Source: Octopus bimaculoides (lineage: Eukaryota). Taken from it: a stretch of DNA of 64,000 bases. Below, one piece after another: positions 50,400-63,859 of this stretch. Numbering within the stretch: the stretch's first letter is position 1; each line of letters starts with the position of its first letter. The notes below the pieces were generated by a model. The model worked only from the letters and a program-made list of their open reading frames with translations, was not told where the DNA came from and did no database searches. The stretch lies in the NCBI RefSeq assembly GCF_001194135.2, contig NC_068987.1, positions 107,045,532 to 107,109,531 on the forward strand, written 5' to 3'. Position numbers and translations under genes: made by a program.

Positions 50400-52202
50400 T
50401 ATACTCTCTCTGCTGTCTGTCTGTCTGTGTGTGTGTGTGTGTGTGTGTCTCTCCCTCTCTCTCTCTCTCTCTCTTAAACATACTCTCTCTGCTCTCTGTC
50501 TATCTCGCTCTCTTTCTCTCTCTCTCTCTCTCTCGGACTTATTACGTCTGCTTCTCATTGTTGTTATGTCTGCAACTCTTTTTCTCTCCAAAATTATTCC
50601 TCTTCTAGGAAGGAATATATCTTGAGTAGCTACTTGCGAGTAAAATAAGCGAAATCTGCTTCAATCGTCAGCTTGACATTGCATCCCCTGATACAGAAAT
50701 GGACAAACCCAGGGTTGATGATAGATAGAATTGTTAGAAGGTCAGAACAACTGTTTTGTGATACCAATGCCGACTTTCCACAATCAAGGTTAAAATTTCA
50801 ACCAAAGTCTCAAATCTTCCTTATCACATATAAATCCTAAGGCACCAAGCTCCCTCCTATCAGCGTCACTAGCATCTCTTTGCTCTGCAATCACATCGTT
50901 TCTATACAAGGGAACTATGAACACAGAGGTTTTGAAGATAAAATGCTGCGTGGATTGAACTCATGACTATTCTTTATACTGACTAAACTCACAAGCAAAT
51001 AGCTCCAAGTTTCCTTTACAGATGTGACGACAACAAGGAAACCCCGCTGAGACACACACCGCTACTGTTATAAGGACAGTAAAGTTATGAGTTGTAGATT
51101 TGATTGTTAATGCTGACGGAGATTCAGCGACGACATTTGATCATGATTTGGTGAATGAAATAAAGAGAGGGGGAGAAGGAGAAAGGGCGAAAGCTAGGAA
51201 GAAAGAGAGTGCGTATGTGTCTATATATGGGTGTGTCTATGTATATGTGTGCGTATGTGTGCGTATGTGTGTGTATGTGTGTGTGTTTATGTGACTGTAT
51301 GTGCATTTGTCTGTATGTGTATGTGTGCGGATACGTGTGTGTTCCCGTGTGTTTCTATTTTGTTTGTGTATGTGTGTGTTTGTGTGCTTTATATTCAAGA
51401 TATATGTGAATACGTTATGAAAATAAAAATTACACGTATATTCAGTTATTTATTTGGACGTACACACATGAACGCACATACATGTATGCCTAGAAACATT
51501 CGTATATAATTTAGATGTACAAGTGTGTGTATGTATGTATGTGTGTTTGTATGTATGTATGTATATATGCATGCATGTATGTATGCAGGTACGTACACAC
51601 ATGTTTATAAGACTGAGCATAGGAAGCGAACAAGCAACAAGTTAAAGAAGAATATATATCCGTAAAAGTATTACGTCGTAGAAATAAGTAACTACTTCGG
51701 AGAAAGTCTTTTTATTTTTTGCTAGAAATACACATCATAGACTATTGCTTCCTATTTCTTTACACAAAGATTGAGATGGAAAAGTTAGAAATGTTCTACG
51801 CTGCGTAAAGCACTAACTTATTTCATAACATTTTGAGAACTTTTATTGAACTTATTCAAAGCATATTAGTTACTGCAGGGAGAAAAGTATGTATATATGT
51901 TTGTGGATAGGAAGGAAGGATGGATGATATCTTCTGAAGGTTATTTCACTTCCAAAGGAATTAACAACCTCGTGGAAGTGAATTGGCTTCAAAGGGTTTT
52001 GAAAACAGCCTCATAGATTTAGCACTCCACAAACCTATTGCTTGTTTGCTCTATGGCGCCGAAGAAAATTCAAAGAATGTTAAAATATACTAAAGACACA
52101 CGGAATAAAACGCTTACAATCAACAAACAATATAACTACAAGTAACATGTTTTCAAGTAAGCAGTATGCGAGCGTATAATACACACATATACACATACAT
52201 GT

Positions 52203-52261
<59 letters not shown>

Positions 52262-53329
52262 GGTATATATATATATATATACAATGCTCAAGCACAAAGA
52301 TATAAACACGAGCTCACACATGCACACACAAATTTACAAACATACATGAATATATATGTATGTATATGTCTTCTCAGGTAACGTTCTTGTGTTCATGTCG
52401 CTTTCTTTTGTTCTCGGAACTTACTGGAATTATATGCGTACTTGCAAGTATAAATTCATTCATAAATGTGCTTATTCGGACTCTTTGTGTTGCGAGTTCA
52501 AATCACGCTGTATTTTCTTTTGACTGAGGACTCAATCTCGCACAGATCTGAAAAGACCAACTGGCCCGTGTGCATATTTAATGGAACACATTCTACAACA
52601 TGCATCCGGATCATGTCTCCGGTTTGATGAAACCTTCAATACTATCTTCCACACAGCCACCAAAATTGGACGGTTGCTGAAAGTTATTCTGTACTGCATA
52701 TTTCTCTTGACAAAGCAGCGAAAACAAATGACAGGGTGCATTAAATGTACGCTACTCACAAATATTGACATAAAATCCCGTGGTGGATTAGGTCTCACTG
52801 GCAAGAACGCAAACAGTTCATACGATTCCTTTTTTTTTCTTTTCTTTCTTAACTGTCCAACATACATACATACATACATGCATACATACACACACACATA
52901 TATATACATACATATATATATATATATACATACATATATATATATATATATANNNNNNNNNNNNNNNNNNNNNNNNNNNNNNNNNNNNNNNNNNNNNNNN
53001 NNNNNNNNNNNNNNNNNNNNNNNNNNNNNNNNNNNNNNNNNNNNNNNNNNNNNNNNNNNNNNNNNNNNNNNNNNNNNNNNNNNNNNTTGCTTAAAAGAGT
53101 TCCAACACTGTCTGTTTTTTATGTTTTATTTATATTCCTGCAGAACTAATGTGGGGTATAGAATATGGAATATACAATATATAATATAATATACAATATA
53201 TAATATAAAATAAAATAAAAATGGATGGCACCATGAAATAAAGTATTGAATGTAGATGAAATATTGAGTGTTCAATATAAAGGATCAAATATATAAATAT
53301 ATAAATATAAATATATATATATAAATAAA

Positions 53330-53369
53330 GGCGACTCGAGTTTCAGGGCTATTTCCCTTCGTCATGGCC
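53330..53369 (-). ncRNA. Minimal type I hammerhead ribozyme-like motif with palindromic stem III (Penelope-type)
   Basis: Minus strand: GGC - C(A)TGACGA - AGGG AAATAG CCCT - GAAA - CTCGAG - TC - GCC. Stem II is a perfect 4 bp, GAAA is intact, the GUC triplet predicts cleavage after 53333, and there is a 1-nt anomaly at the start of the CUGANGA box. Confidence 0.65.
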
Positions 53370-53414
53370 GGTATGACAATCTATATACGTATCTATGTAT
53401 GTATATATATATTT

Positions 53415-53465
53415 ACTCTTTTACTCGTTTCAGCCATGCAGCTGTGGTCATGCTGGGACAGCACC
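53415..53465 (-). mobile_element. SINE family B tail fragment
   Basis: TTTACTCTTTTACTCGTTTCAGCCAT...GTGGTCATGCTGGG. Confidence 0.6.
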
Positions 53466-53536
53466 ATGGTCTTTCTGATTTACTTAGTCTGGGATGGTTC
53501 ACATCAGCACTCCTCTATGTGCCTTTGTCACAGATG

Positions 53537-53930
53537 TTAGCCTATTTGGTGTATAGGGGAGTTTGATTCCGCTTCCCTTGTCTGCACGTTATGTCGGGGT
53601 GTTAGTTCATCCCGTATTGTGGAGAGTAGATATGTAGGTCGTTTTTTCAAGACATCTACTTCCACCTTACGCAGATTTCTTAATTTTTGTGGTAGAGCAT
53701 TGGTGAACTATGGGCCTTTGAACTCTATACGATTGCAGTACCTGGTCCTGAATATAGATGTAGTCGATGATACATTTTGTACAATACAATGGGTGGCCAG
53801 TTCTGGCATTTGTATAACACTCAATGCCGAAATTATGTACCAGCCCGTCTAGGGTCTTCCATATGAAGATTATTATATATGTGATGCGCCTTCCCTCCAG
53901 GGAGCAACGTTGCCGTGTTCTCAACCTAAT
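53537..53930 (-). mobile_element. CR1/L2-type LINE 3' end, decayed (same type as 3266-3830)
   Basis: CSLEGRRITYIIIFIWKTLDGLVHNFGIECYTNARTG...RYCNRIEFKGP...NALPQKLRNLRKVEVDVLKKR.TYLLSTIRDE...REAESNSPIHQIG, with a stop at 53537. Confidence 0.85.
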
Positions 53931-54804
53931 ATGCTGTGATAGGACAAGAACTAGGGTTCTGGAAGTGTTCTGGCCGTAAACGATAGAGAGGTGTCACTAG
54001 AACCGTTTTGTTTTATACACCATTGAAACATAGCAAATTGTTGTGTGGTTATAAATTGTATTTTGTTATCTTCTATGTGTATTATTGAGTTTTATTTTAC
54101 TCACATCTTAGCATCTCTCGCTGTGTCTTTGTATACTTTTGATGATGATTGTTGTCATCAGCAGCATTGCTTATATCTACCTCCGAGAACATCGCTCGCT
54201 GCAAAGTATCCCATCATGCACCAGTTACTACACATGATGTGGGCTATAGTAATATGCACCTAGAGAATCATTTCCTCAAGCATAATGTCCACGGAAGTGA
54301 AGTGAAATAGCAGCAAGCTAGGAAGACAGCAAGCGGCGAAGAAAGATTGTTCAATCCATGCAATAGTCAGCTAGTGAGAACAGAAGTGGATCCATAGGTA
54401 TTTCGTATTGGTGACGATAGCCATACCATCAGTGTGTGATGAATGAATGCGGTGATCTGGTGACGGGTATAGTTGAGGTGCATTTGGAGGAAAGATAGGG
54501 GCATAGTAGAAGTAACGGTAGTGTCGTGGGAAAGTGAAGGCCTATCGACTAAATTGGCACAGGCAAGGTGAAATTTCTAAGCCAGTGAGTGAATGTGTGG
54601 CTACCTGCCTGTGGCGTACTATAGGAGTTAGAAAAAAGAAAGAAAGGTTGTTCAGTGAATGCAATAGTGAGATGGTAGAAGAAGAGTAGTGTAAAGTTTT
54701 CAAAATTGTGACAAAAGTGAGTTTACACTGTAAAAAATAAACAAAAAAAAGTTTGCATTTAGTCGTTTATTAGAATAAAGGTGCTAAAATGCGGGCTGGC
54801 AAAT

Positions 54805-54923
54805 ACTTACGGCTATATCACGTTGAAAGCACCGGTTCTCGTCTGGTCACCGAAGTTGAACAACTTCGAGCCTAGTGAGTACTTAGATGGGTGACCGATT
54901 GAGAAACTTAGGTGATGTAAGCG
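54805..54923 (+). pseudogene. 5S rRNA-derived copy (pseudogene or SINE3-type head)
   Basis: ACTTACGGCTATATCACGTTGAAAGCACCGGTTCTCGTCTGGTCACCGAAGTTGAACAACTTCGAGCCTAGTGAGTACTTAGATGGGTGACCG...GGTGATGTAAGC aligns end to end with metazoan 5S rRNA, with many substitutions. Confidence 0.9.
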
Positions 54924-55617
54924 TCTAACAATTTTTGTTATATTTTTGGTTTTCTTTTCAAAGAAAATGTGCCTATCTTTTTCTTTCTTCTTGTCTGTCT
55001 TGTCTTTGTTTCAATCACTTCTATTGCGAGCGTCGTCGACCGTTCTCTCTTGCAGTTGCGTGCTCTATGCTTTACGTGGCTTTCAACATTTCCAAATGTT
55101 TTTCTTCACAACGCTACATCTTGTTGCACAGAGTTTTTCTGAATATTTTATCTTCGTTCCTCCGTTGATTGATTCATCTGTACGTGCTAACACTTTTCCC
55201 CTCATAGTTAGTTCATTCCTAAAATAATCAAAGGGAAATGATTAAGTAGGAGAGCCGAGTAAATTGATTCTGCCCATACTTATGGTTAAAATAAAGTTTA
55301 ATAGTTGGGCAGGATTCAGCAGGGAGCCAATATGTTGTGGTAAGAGAAACATATTCAGTTGTATGAATACCGTGGTAGATTTAGTGAAACTTGCAGAAAA
55401 CTAGGGACGTGTAGTGGCTAGGATTGAAAGAGAAAGTAAACATTGGCAACAGTTATTTCCTTTGGCAAAGTAAACGTCTCAATGTGCAGTGAAAGTAAGG
55501 CATGGAAACTGGTGCGTGCAACTATGTATATTTGTGTGCAAAGGAAAACCGAAAGAAGACAGAGACTTGAAGTAGTGCAAAATGCAAGAATAAATCGGGA
55601 ATAAAATGATAGAAAGG

Positions 55618-55736
55618 CGTTTACAGCACCAAGGTTTCCCAAGCGGTTACTCATCTAAGTACTAACTAGGCTCGACGTTTCCTAACTTCGGTGATCGGAC
55701 GAGAACAGGTGTTTTCGTAGTGACATGGCTGTTTTC
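55618..55736 (-). pseudogene. 5S rRNA-derived copy (pseudogene or SINE3-type head)
   Basis: Minus strand: GAAAACAGCCATGTCACTACGAAAACACCTGTTCTCGTCCGATCACCGAAGTTAGGAAACGTCGAGCCTAGTTAGTACTTAGATGAGTAACCGCTTGGGAAACCTTGGTGCTGTAAAC. Confidence 0.9.
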
Positions 55737-56162
55737 TGATACCTTGGCGGCTGATGAGTATTTGAGATTCATACAAGCCTCTGGTTGCTCAGGATCTCTA
55801 TCCACCGTCATGAAGCGCTTCGACTGGCCTGCAGGATACTGAGGCCTATTTCCTCGAATTGTAACTTTCAAATGAAGCTTATCTGCTCACTAGGCTGGCA
55901 GGCGATGACTAACTGTTCAGTCTAGATATATTTCAACTACTAGAGAATGGACTACGCGCTTAAATAAACGAGACCGTATTTCCGTAGCATCATTGATCCA
56001 CGGAGTTTATAGTTATGGATTATTTAGATCTGACACGGCATACACTACGCTACCATAGCCACAGAATAACCATTGTCGCTGTGCATTATTATAATTTATG
56101 TCAATCTAATGCAAAGTGCTCAAAATCAAACTTTGCTTTATAATTAACATCTAAGAGAAATA

Positions 56163-58744
56163 CAGGCATACCTCACTCTACGCCGTTAATTGTTTCCAGG
56201 CGACATGAATTTAGTGGAAAAGTGACTTAAGTCGAATTAGCTTGCCTCAAGGCTAGGCTAGGCCGAATTTACTTGTCTCTAGGCTACACTGATAATAACC
56301 ATTCCTAGTTTTGCACTTTATTTATGAATGCGTTTTCAATAACACGTGGTTAATAAAAACCTATTTTAAGCTTACAAACAAATAATTTTAATTTTTTTAA
56401 TACAGTATAGTAAGAAAAGAAAACGTAATCTAAATGTACGAATACAATTTGGCGGTGTTTACAGGACATCGCCGACGCTTTATTTATGAATGCGCTTTGC
56501 AATAAGACATGGTAAAATAAAAGACTTCGTTAAGCTTAAAAAACAAATTCAGTAATTATTATTATTTTGCAATAATAGAAAAAAAATTATTTATATTTAT
56601 CAATACGTGCATACAATATGGTGGTTTACATCGCGGATGTAGATGGCTGTAGATCGTCAACATCAACAGCCGCTGACTCTGGCTGTTCTTGTTCGAGGCG
56701 CTTAAAGAATCCTTTGAGAGTTCCTTGAACTGCCTTCTTCTCTTCCTCAAGTATTACATTATAAGGAGCAAAAGCTTCGTGACAAACCCTCATAATCTTA
56801 GAAAAGCGTTGAGTATTTGAATCCATATCGTCGACCATAGAATTACATTTTTCGATACATGCAAGTGCTTGCTGCATTTTCTTAATGGTAAAGTGACGTG
56901 GCTCAGCTTCGACATCCTCTACCTTCTGGAGAAGCTCCATTACCAAAGCCTCGTTCGTCAGGGGCTGCGTGTCTTTTTCAAATAAATACATTTCCAGTTC
57001 TTTGCTCGTAGTTACCAACATTTTGTTGACGGTAATATTAAAAACATTCACGAATTGCGGACATAGCTACTTCCATACACCATTCATAACCGTGCTCTGT
57101 ACATCATTCCATGCCACTGCTATGTTCTGTACAGCCTTGCAGATACTGTATCTCATTCAAAAGTCTCCAAGTGTGATGGATTCATCAAGATCAGTTGCAG
57201 CTATTGCTCGCCGATGGTTACGCTTCTTATAGTAACGCTTGAAGATAACAATTATTCCTTGATTCATTGGCTGCAGAAGAGATGTGGTGTTCGGAGGGAG
57301 GTATACGATGGTAAAATTGGGGTCAAGATCTACGATGTTTTGCTAGGAGCATTATCTAAGATAAATAAAACCTTAAAACGAATCCTTTTCTCCTTACAGT
57401 ACTACTCTGCTACTAGAACACAATGATTGAAGAACTATACTTCAAAAACAACACCAGTAATCTATGCTTTTAAATTAGCCATCCATATAACAGGGAGAAA
57501 TGCCTTGGGTATGGTCTTCAGGGTACGAAGGTTATGTGTATGGTACACAAGTAATGGCTTTAACCTAAAATCTCCTGCACAATTACTTCCCAACATAATG
57601 GTCACACGTTATTTTGAGCTGTGTACTCTGGAATAGTTTTTCCCCTATTTGGAAATGAATGAAGCGCCTGGCAATTTTTTCCAATACAATCCAGTTTCGT
57701 CTACGTTAATAATCTGTTCGCGAACAAACCCGTTTTCTTCGATGATTTTCTTTAATGCATTAGGAAATTCCGCTGCTGCTTGTTCATCAGAAGATGCGCT
57801 TTCACGTTGCATCTTAATTGAGTGATAACTTCTTCGCTCTTTAAATCTCATTAACCATCTCATGACTTGCCTTGAACTCTACATCTTTCTCATCTGGGTA
57901 TTTTTTCTTCAGGTCCTCAAACAAATACAGTGCTTTCTCTTGAATGATTTCTTGACTAATAGTAGCACGCTGAAGATTCAATCTAGCAATCCAGAGAGAA
58001 AGAAGACTTTCTATTTCTTCAAAGATTTTGCCTCTTTTCTTACTGAAAACAAAGTTCTTCATCCCTGGGGCTTCAAATTTGATATGTGCTAAAACCTTGT
58101 CCTTATTATGTTCAATCGTCGATTCAATTTTCCAACTCATCTCAAAAGATCGTGCAATTGCTACTACGTTTTCACCTTTTTCATGGTGTTTTAAAATAAC
58201 CTGTTTATCTTCAGGCATTATAGCATGATGCTTCGCACTTCCACTATGAATTTTCTTAGGGACCATGAGGGCAAAAAACAAAGTCACAAATGAATGAGAA
58301 TGAAAAAAGTAGCCGATAAATAGTTGTAAACAAATCTGAATTCAAAACAATCGCGGGATCACGATTGACAACGGCGCCTAACGGTAGATATTGGAATTAC
58401 AATGAAATATAAACTCAGAAAAACCTATCAATAAGACAACACAGCTGATTTCATGATTTAGCTCACTAATCTAAACTACTTTATGGTGTGTATCTTAACA
58501 TTAACTGTACGTATTTTAATATGATTTTAAATGCTTTTATTCTTATTTATTGTACACTAGTATCATTGTATGTGTTTTTAACAGTTTTCTAGTGATTTTA
58601 CGATTCCAACATTTGCGGAAGACAGACGTATAGTCGAGTAAAAAAACGTAATTTGACTTTTATTCTTTCCTTATATTATTTTTGAAAACCGACGTATAAT
58701 CGAGAACGACTTAAATCGAAACAACTTACGGCTAGGTATGCTTA
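56163..58744 (-). mobile_element. Full-length Tigger/pogo-family DNA transposon, decayed
   Basis: TA (56161-62) + CAGGCATACCT at the left end and AGGTATGCTTA + TA (58745-46) at the right end give an 11-bp TIR with 2 mismatches. The element encloses the transposase pseudogene. Confidence 0.9.
56626..58266 (-). pseudogene. Tigger/pogo transposase pseudogene (CENP-B-type HTH + DDE_1), TIGD1-like type
   Basis: MVPKK...EKGENVVAIAR...STI...IQEKALYLFEDLK...FKAS; WLMRFKER; QIINVDETGLYWKKLP; RVTIMLGSN; KPLLVY; VLFILDNAPS; LPPNTTSLLQPMNQGII; stop at 56626. Several frameshifts and stops. Confidence 0.93.
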
Positions 58745-59348
58745 TAGACTTTAAGCTAATACGCGTATATCATGTCTGTTTGATACACAAAGGTAAATGC
58801 ATTATCACTTTGCTACGAAAGATGGGCAGTACCTATTAACATTTATACGCCTGGGATGATATCGTGGAGGAAGAGAAAAGTACTCTCAGACAAAGGACTT
58901 GGCTGGACGTCAGCAATAGAAGACTCCGCTTAAGAACACAACGGATCGGGTGGCGGGTCTTCTTACGGGTGACAAATTTGCCTGTCAAACAATTTGGTTA
59001 CAGTGTGATTTAGATGCGAACTTAGAGAATTACGAATTTATTTGGATCTTTGCCAGATCCACTTTGATGATTTTACGTTTCTACTGATTCTGTTTTTTTT
59101 TTTTTTTTGGTAGGAATTTATGTAAAGGCCCTAAAAGTTTGAAAGGGAAATTCAACCTCGATAGATTGATTTTGGACTTGAACTCAGAATGAAAGGAGCC
59201 AGATTAAATATTTCCTTGTNNNNNNNNNNNNNNNNNNNNNNNNNNNNNNNNNNNNNNNNNNNNNNNNNNNNNNNNNNNNNNNNNNNNNNNNNNNNNNNNN
59301 NNNNNNNNNNNNNNNNNNNNNNNNNNNNNNNNNNNNNNNNNNNNNNNN

Positions 59349-59419
<71 letters not shown>

Positions 59420-59652
59420 TTGTGTGTGTGTATAAGTATATATATATATATATGTATATATGTGTATACGTGCGTATACGTATATATATATATACCGGTA
59501 TGTGTGTGTTGCGTGTGCGTGTGCGCGTGTGTGTATGGAGAGAGACACAGAAAAAAGAAAGAAAGAGAGAAAATACGTAGGTGGATATATATATATAGGG
59601 ACTGAAAACCATAAATACATACGTACATTCAGCCATTCGTATACACACACAG

Positions 59653-59690
<38 letters not shown>

Positions 59691-60227
59691 TAATACACAC
59701 TTATACACACATATATTTAACATTCTCCATTCTAGTTTCTTCTCCAAATTTAGGGTGTCTGCCCAGTAGACCATTTCAATATTGTTGTCGCAGAATTGAA
59801 ACTAACACGATATAGTTAAAGATCTAATCTCTGTATAAGTAGACAGGGCTGAATACATGGCGTCCTATTTTATTAGCAAATTTTATTACAGTGAAAATAG
59901 TGGAGATATTTGGTCAGGTGTGCATGCGTATACACAATTATACGTATGTTTTAGCAACTAAAACTATATTTATGACTGCAATTTTTCATACGATTATCAA
60001 TATACCTATCAACACGCACACACATATACACACACGCATATTCACTCCATATGTATGTGTGTTTATATATAGATAGTATATGTATATATATATATATACT
60101 TCTTTGTAAAAAAAACATTTTCATTCTCCTTCTTCTTGATAATTTGCTTTTCCGCAATAAAAACCGGTTAGAAAAAATCTTTATTAAAATATGCTTCCAG
60201 TTCAGCATTCTGGCTTTTTTTCATTTT

Positions 60228-60267
<40 letters not shown>

Positions 60268-62724
60268 CATATTTACATACATATGTATATATATTTCTGT
60301 ATAAAGAGTAACGATGGATGGACAGACGGACGGGCGGACGGACGGACAGACAGACAGACAGATAGATAGATAGATATTTATGTATGTATGTATGTATATT
60401 TTGGGGTTGTGAAATATCTCGAAGTTGCTGTGTGACTATAGTTGTACATACAGAGTTAATATAATGTGACGACTCACTCATTTTTTTTTTACATTGGAAA
60501 TTATCATAGTAGTTTAATAAATACAGATAGGATAAATAAAATAACGAACTGGAAACAGTTTATTCGTCTCGATGCGATCAACAACAAAACACCCAATAGA
60601 ATACCATGGCGTGTTCGCAATCCAGTACATATATATAGTTATACACAGACACACACTCACAGGTACACACACACACGTATACATACCTGGATACATACAT
60701 TAATATATTCATACATATAGGTACATATATACTTGCGTGTATGTATATGGAGGTACACATATCCATACTTACATATATACAGACTCAGCCACTTATACAT
60801 ACTTATACACTAGAGCATACGTCTGGTCCATATACACATTATTTTACAAAAAAATTCCGCGTTTATGCAGAAGTAAAACAAACTATTTTTAAAACAACGG
60901 AACGTCTTTAATCTTCCTGATCATGTTTGTCACCTGGAAAGAAACTCTTCCTGCTACTCTTTTAAATGCTAATTCATAAGAAAACAACAGCGCAGCAATA
61001 ACCGCACTACTTCCTATTCAAACCCAAATGGCCACCGTGATTTACCTAAAGCAAATAGAAAGCGTTACTCTTCAAAGGAGCGTTTGTAATATAATCGTTC
61101 TTCAGAAGCGAAACGATGTTCATAACTCCTTCACCTTTTATATATGGACAGAATTATTAGCATTACCCTTTCTAAACACTTGGTTACAAACAGTAGATAT
61201 TAAATCTCATAAATTTTACTTTAGTAATATTATCAAATACTTAAAGCATACAGCAGAACACTTCTTTCAAATTTTCAAGGGACAGGCGGCGTACTTCAAT
61301 ATCTTTGATTTTTGAAAAAATCTGTGATATTGTACGCATTGTTAGTAATCTTTAGAAAAGAAAGCAGCTTTTAAAATTCTATTGAAGCTAAGTAAGAGGA
61401 CTATAAAAGCCATGTAGTATTGCAAATCTTAAATGAATATAATTGTCATTGAATATTAGCAATATAGTAATCAAATTTGTTAAAGTAAAGTAAGAAAAAA
61501 AAAAAGACATGAAATAAGTGTTTTTCATAAATGTAATCAATTTTGTATTTTTTCTTAAAGATATATTTTTTCATGAAGATATTCAAGTGAAATTGTCTCC
61601 GATACGTTAAAAAGTAGTATTTTTTTTTTAAATGTGACATATATAAGAATCTTTATAACATCAGAAATATGTGTCCCTTTATATAAAGAATAGAGTGCAG
61701 TGCTGTTAAGCACCAACAAGCAAGTATAGACCAGTGCACAAATACAGTAGGATCCCATTAAAGAACGAGAAAGTGTTGGACATTTTTGTTCAACTGTAAT
61801 TATCAAAGCAATTAATAGACATAAACTAAATCTGTAGACATACTTACGGTAAGAAAAGTTAACAGAATTTTCGTTTGATACAGGAAATATGGATTCGAGT
61901 GGTTTTCGTCTTTAATGCCAATACGTAAAAGCAACGGGTGTTTTCATTTATTAAGCTACATTTGTTAGTGTGAATCATTTTTCATGACATCCATTACACT
62001 TGTCCCGCCAAAATTAACTCAGTTTTTAAAATACTGTCATGACTAGGTATTTATTTTGATATATAAAGTCGACCATGATATCTAATATCACAAACCTTAA
62101 GCAACTTGTAACCTTCAGTAAGTTTCTGATAGTTTTCTCTCCATCACCTGCGTCAAGAACTCAATTACGGAACGTGGCTTCTGCATGAAACCAGTTTATT
62201 GCACTGAAACTAAGAAATATTCAGCGAAGAGGTATTATAAAGGAAATGTTACTCTACCAACACTTATATTTGTTAATGCAAATTTATATCACTTTTGCAT
62301 TACTTTCGGATCGAACAGTGTAAAAATCGAAGATAGTTATATTGTCAAATTTCTTCATTCACAAAGATATATAGGAATAAATATTGCAACATTTTAGTCA
62401 TGAGAAAATTACACGATATATATTTATATGTGCGTGTGTGTATCCCCAACTTTCCAGATATCCAGTTTGTCTTTTTATATATAGAATGCCAATTATAGAG
62501 GATTGTTGATAATCGAAATTATCGTTCCTTCTCATCTGCAATTGATATAAATTACAAATGCCACCTAGTGGAGTAATCTACCCTTTCTCGAAGTTGAGAT
62601 AATTTCAATAAATTAAGAGTTTACATTGTATGTTATTTAAAATACCCATATTCCTTTAAATATATATATTCACACACACACACACACGCACACATTAACA
62701 CGCGCGTACACACATATACATATA

Positions 62725-62767
<43 letters not shown>

Positions 62768-63398
62768 TTGCGCTCTCAGAAGAAAAGCAAACGTCCAAAA
62801 GGAAAGGTTCTCCACTCCAACTGAACTCAATTAAATCTTCTATCACCTCTTTATTGAAATAGTATTATTAAAATAAACTCACTTTCAAACAGGCAGTTTT
62901 ATACTATAGAATAAACCAGGAGGGGTCTTCTGTAAGTTGATATCAAGGAGGTGTCATAATAGAAAATGGAAAAAGTAAGCACAAAACATCCCCAAAACCT
63001 AAGCGACTTCACCAAATATTTTCGTGTAATTTTAAAAGGTTATCTGCATGAATTGCTTTCTATATAATATTGTGATTCTACGAACGGCAATGGGTTACAA
63101 ACACGATTCTACAGCTGATCCCCCCAATTAGTGTTGCTAAAGAAATAAATAATAACATGGCTCTGTGGCTGTATACAAATAAGACAACACGAAAAACATA
63201 AAAGAGTCACGACTGAAGGCAACGTTCCATTGTTGTATTATTAATCCGTGATGGTTAAAACGAACGAAACATACGCACACGCATACACATACACACATGC
63301 ACTCACACACATACATATGAATGCCTAGTGTATAGTCTCACACATATATCTACTATACATGGATGCATAAATACATACATATATACATTCATATACAT

Positions 63399-63440
<42 letters not shown>

Positions 63441-63859
63441 GCATAAATTCATCTAGATAAATAACTTGCTAAGTTCACCCACACACTTAGCCAAATACTC
63501 AGAAACACTTCAACGTGAGCGCGCATACATCCGCACATCTCTGCTTACATACAAGTGTGTTTGTGAGTGTGTGTCTGTCTGTGTGTGTGTGTGCACTCGT
63601 AGAGCTGTTGTGCGCACGCGAGTGTTGTAGTTACAAGACACATGCTCTGCAGCTTCATCTTTCAAATAACAAGTCTCTTTTCATGTCTTACTAATATTTT
63701 CTTAAAGGTTTCTCGACGAAAATACTTTTCAATGTCGTGCTTTCTGCTTAGAGTAAGGAGAACCCATGAGCTTTTCATAATAGATTATTGGTGGAATATG
63801 AATTTTGGCGTTTATAATTCAGACATAATTACGCAGGGTTTATTTCTGCTTATTGTGTA

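Noticed and set aside
54040-54620. Possible LINE endonuclease remnant on the minus strand (DGMAIV, MMGYF) and a 50-bp diverged direct repeat at about 54338 and 54635
   Set aside because: The motifs are too degenerate to call by eye; a frameshift-aware profile search would be needed.
55751-55780. CTGATGA-GTAT...ATAC hammerhead candidate
   Set aside because: There is no GAAA after stem II.
62910-62974. Plus-strand 65-bp exon candidate (NKPGGVFCKLISRRCHNRKWK) in phase with the 46685 donor
   Set aside because: It has two competing donors, and such short AG...GT windows are expected by chance in 64 kb.
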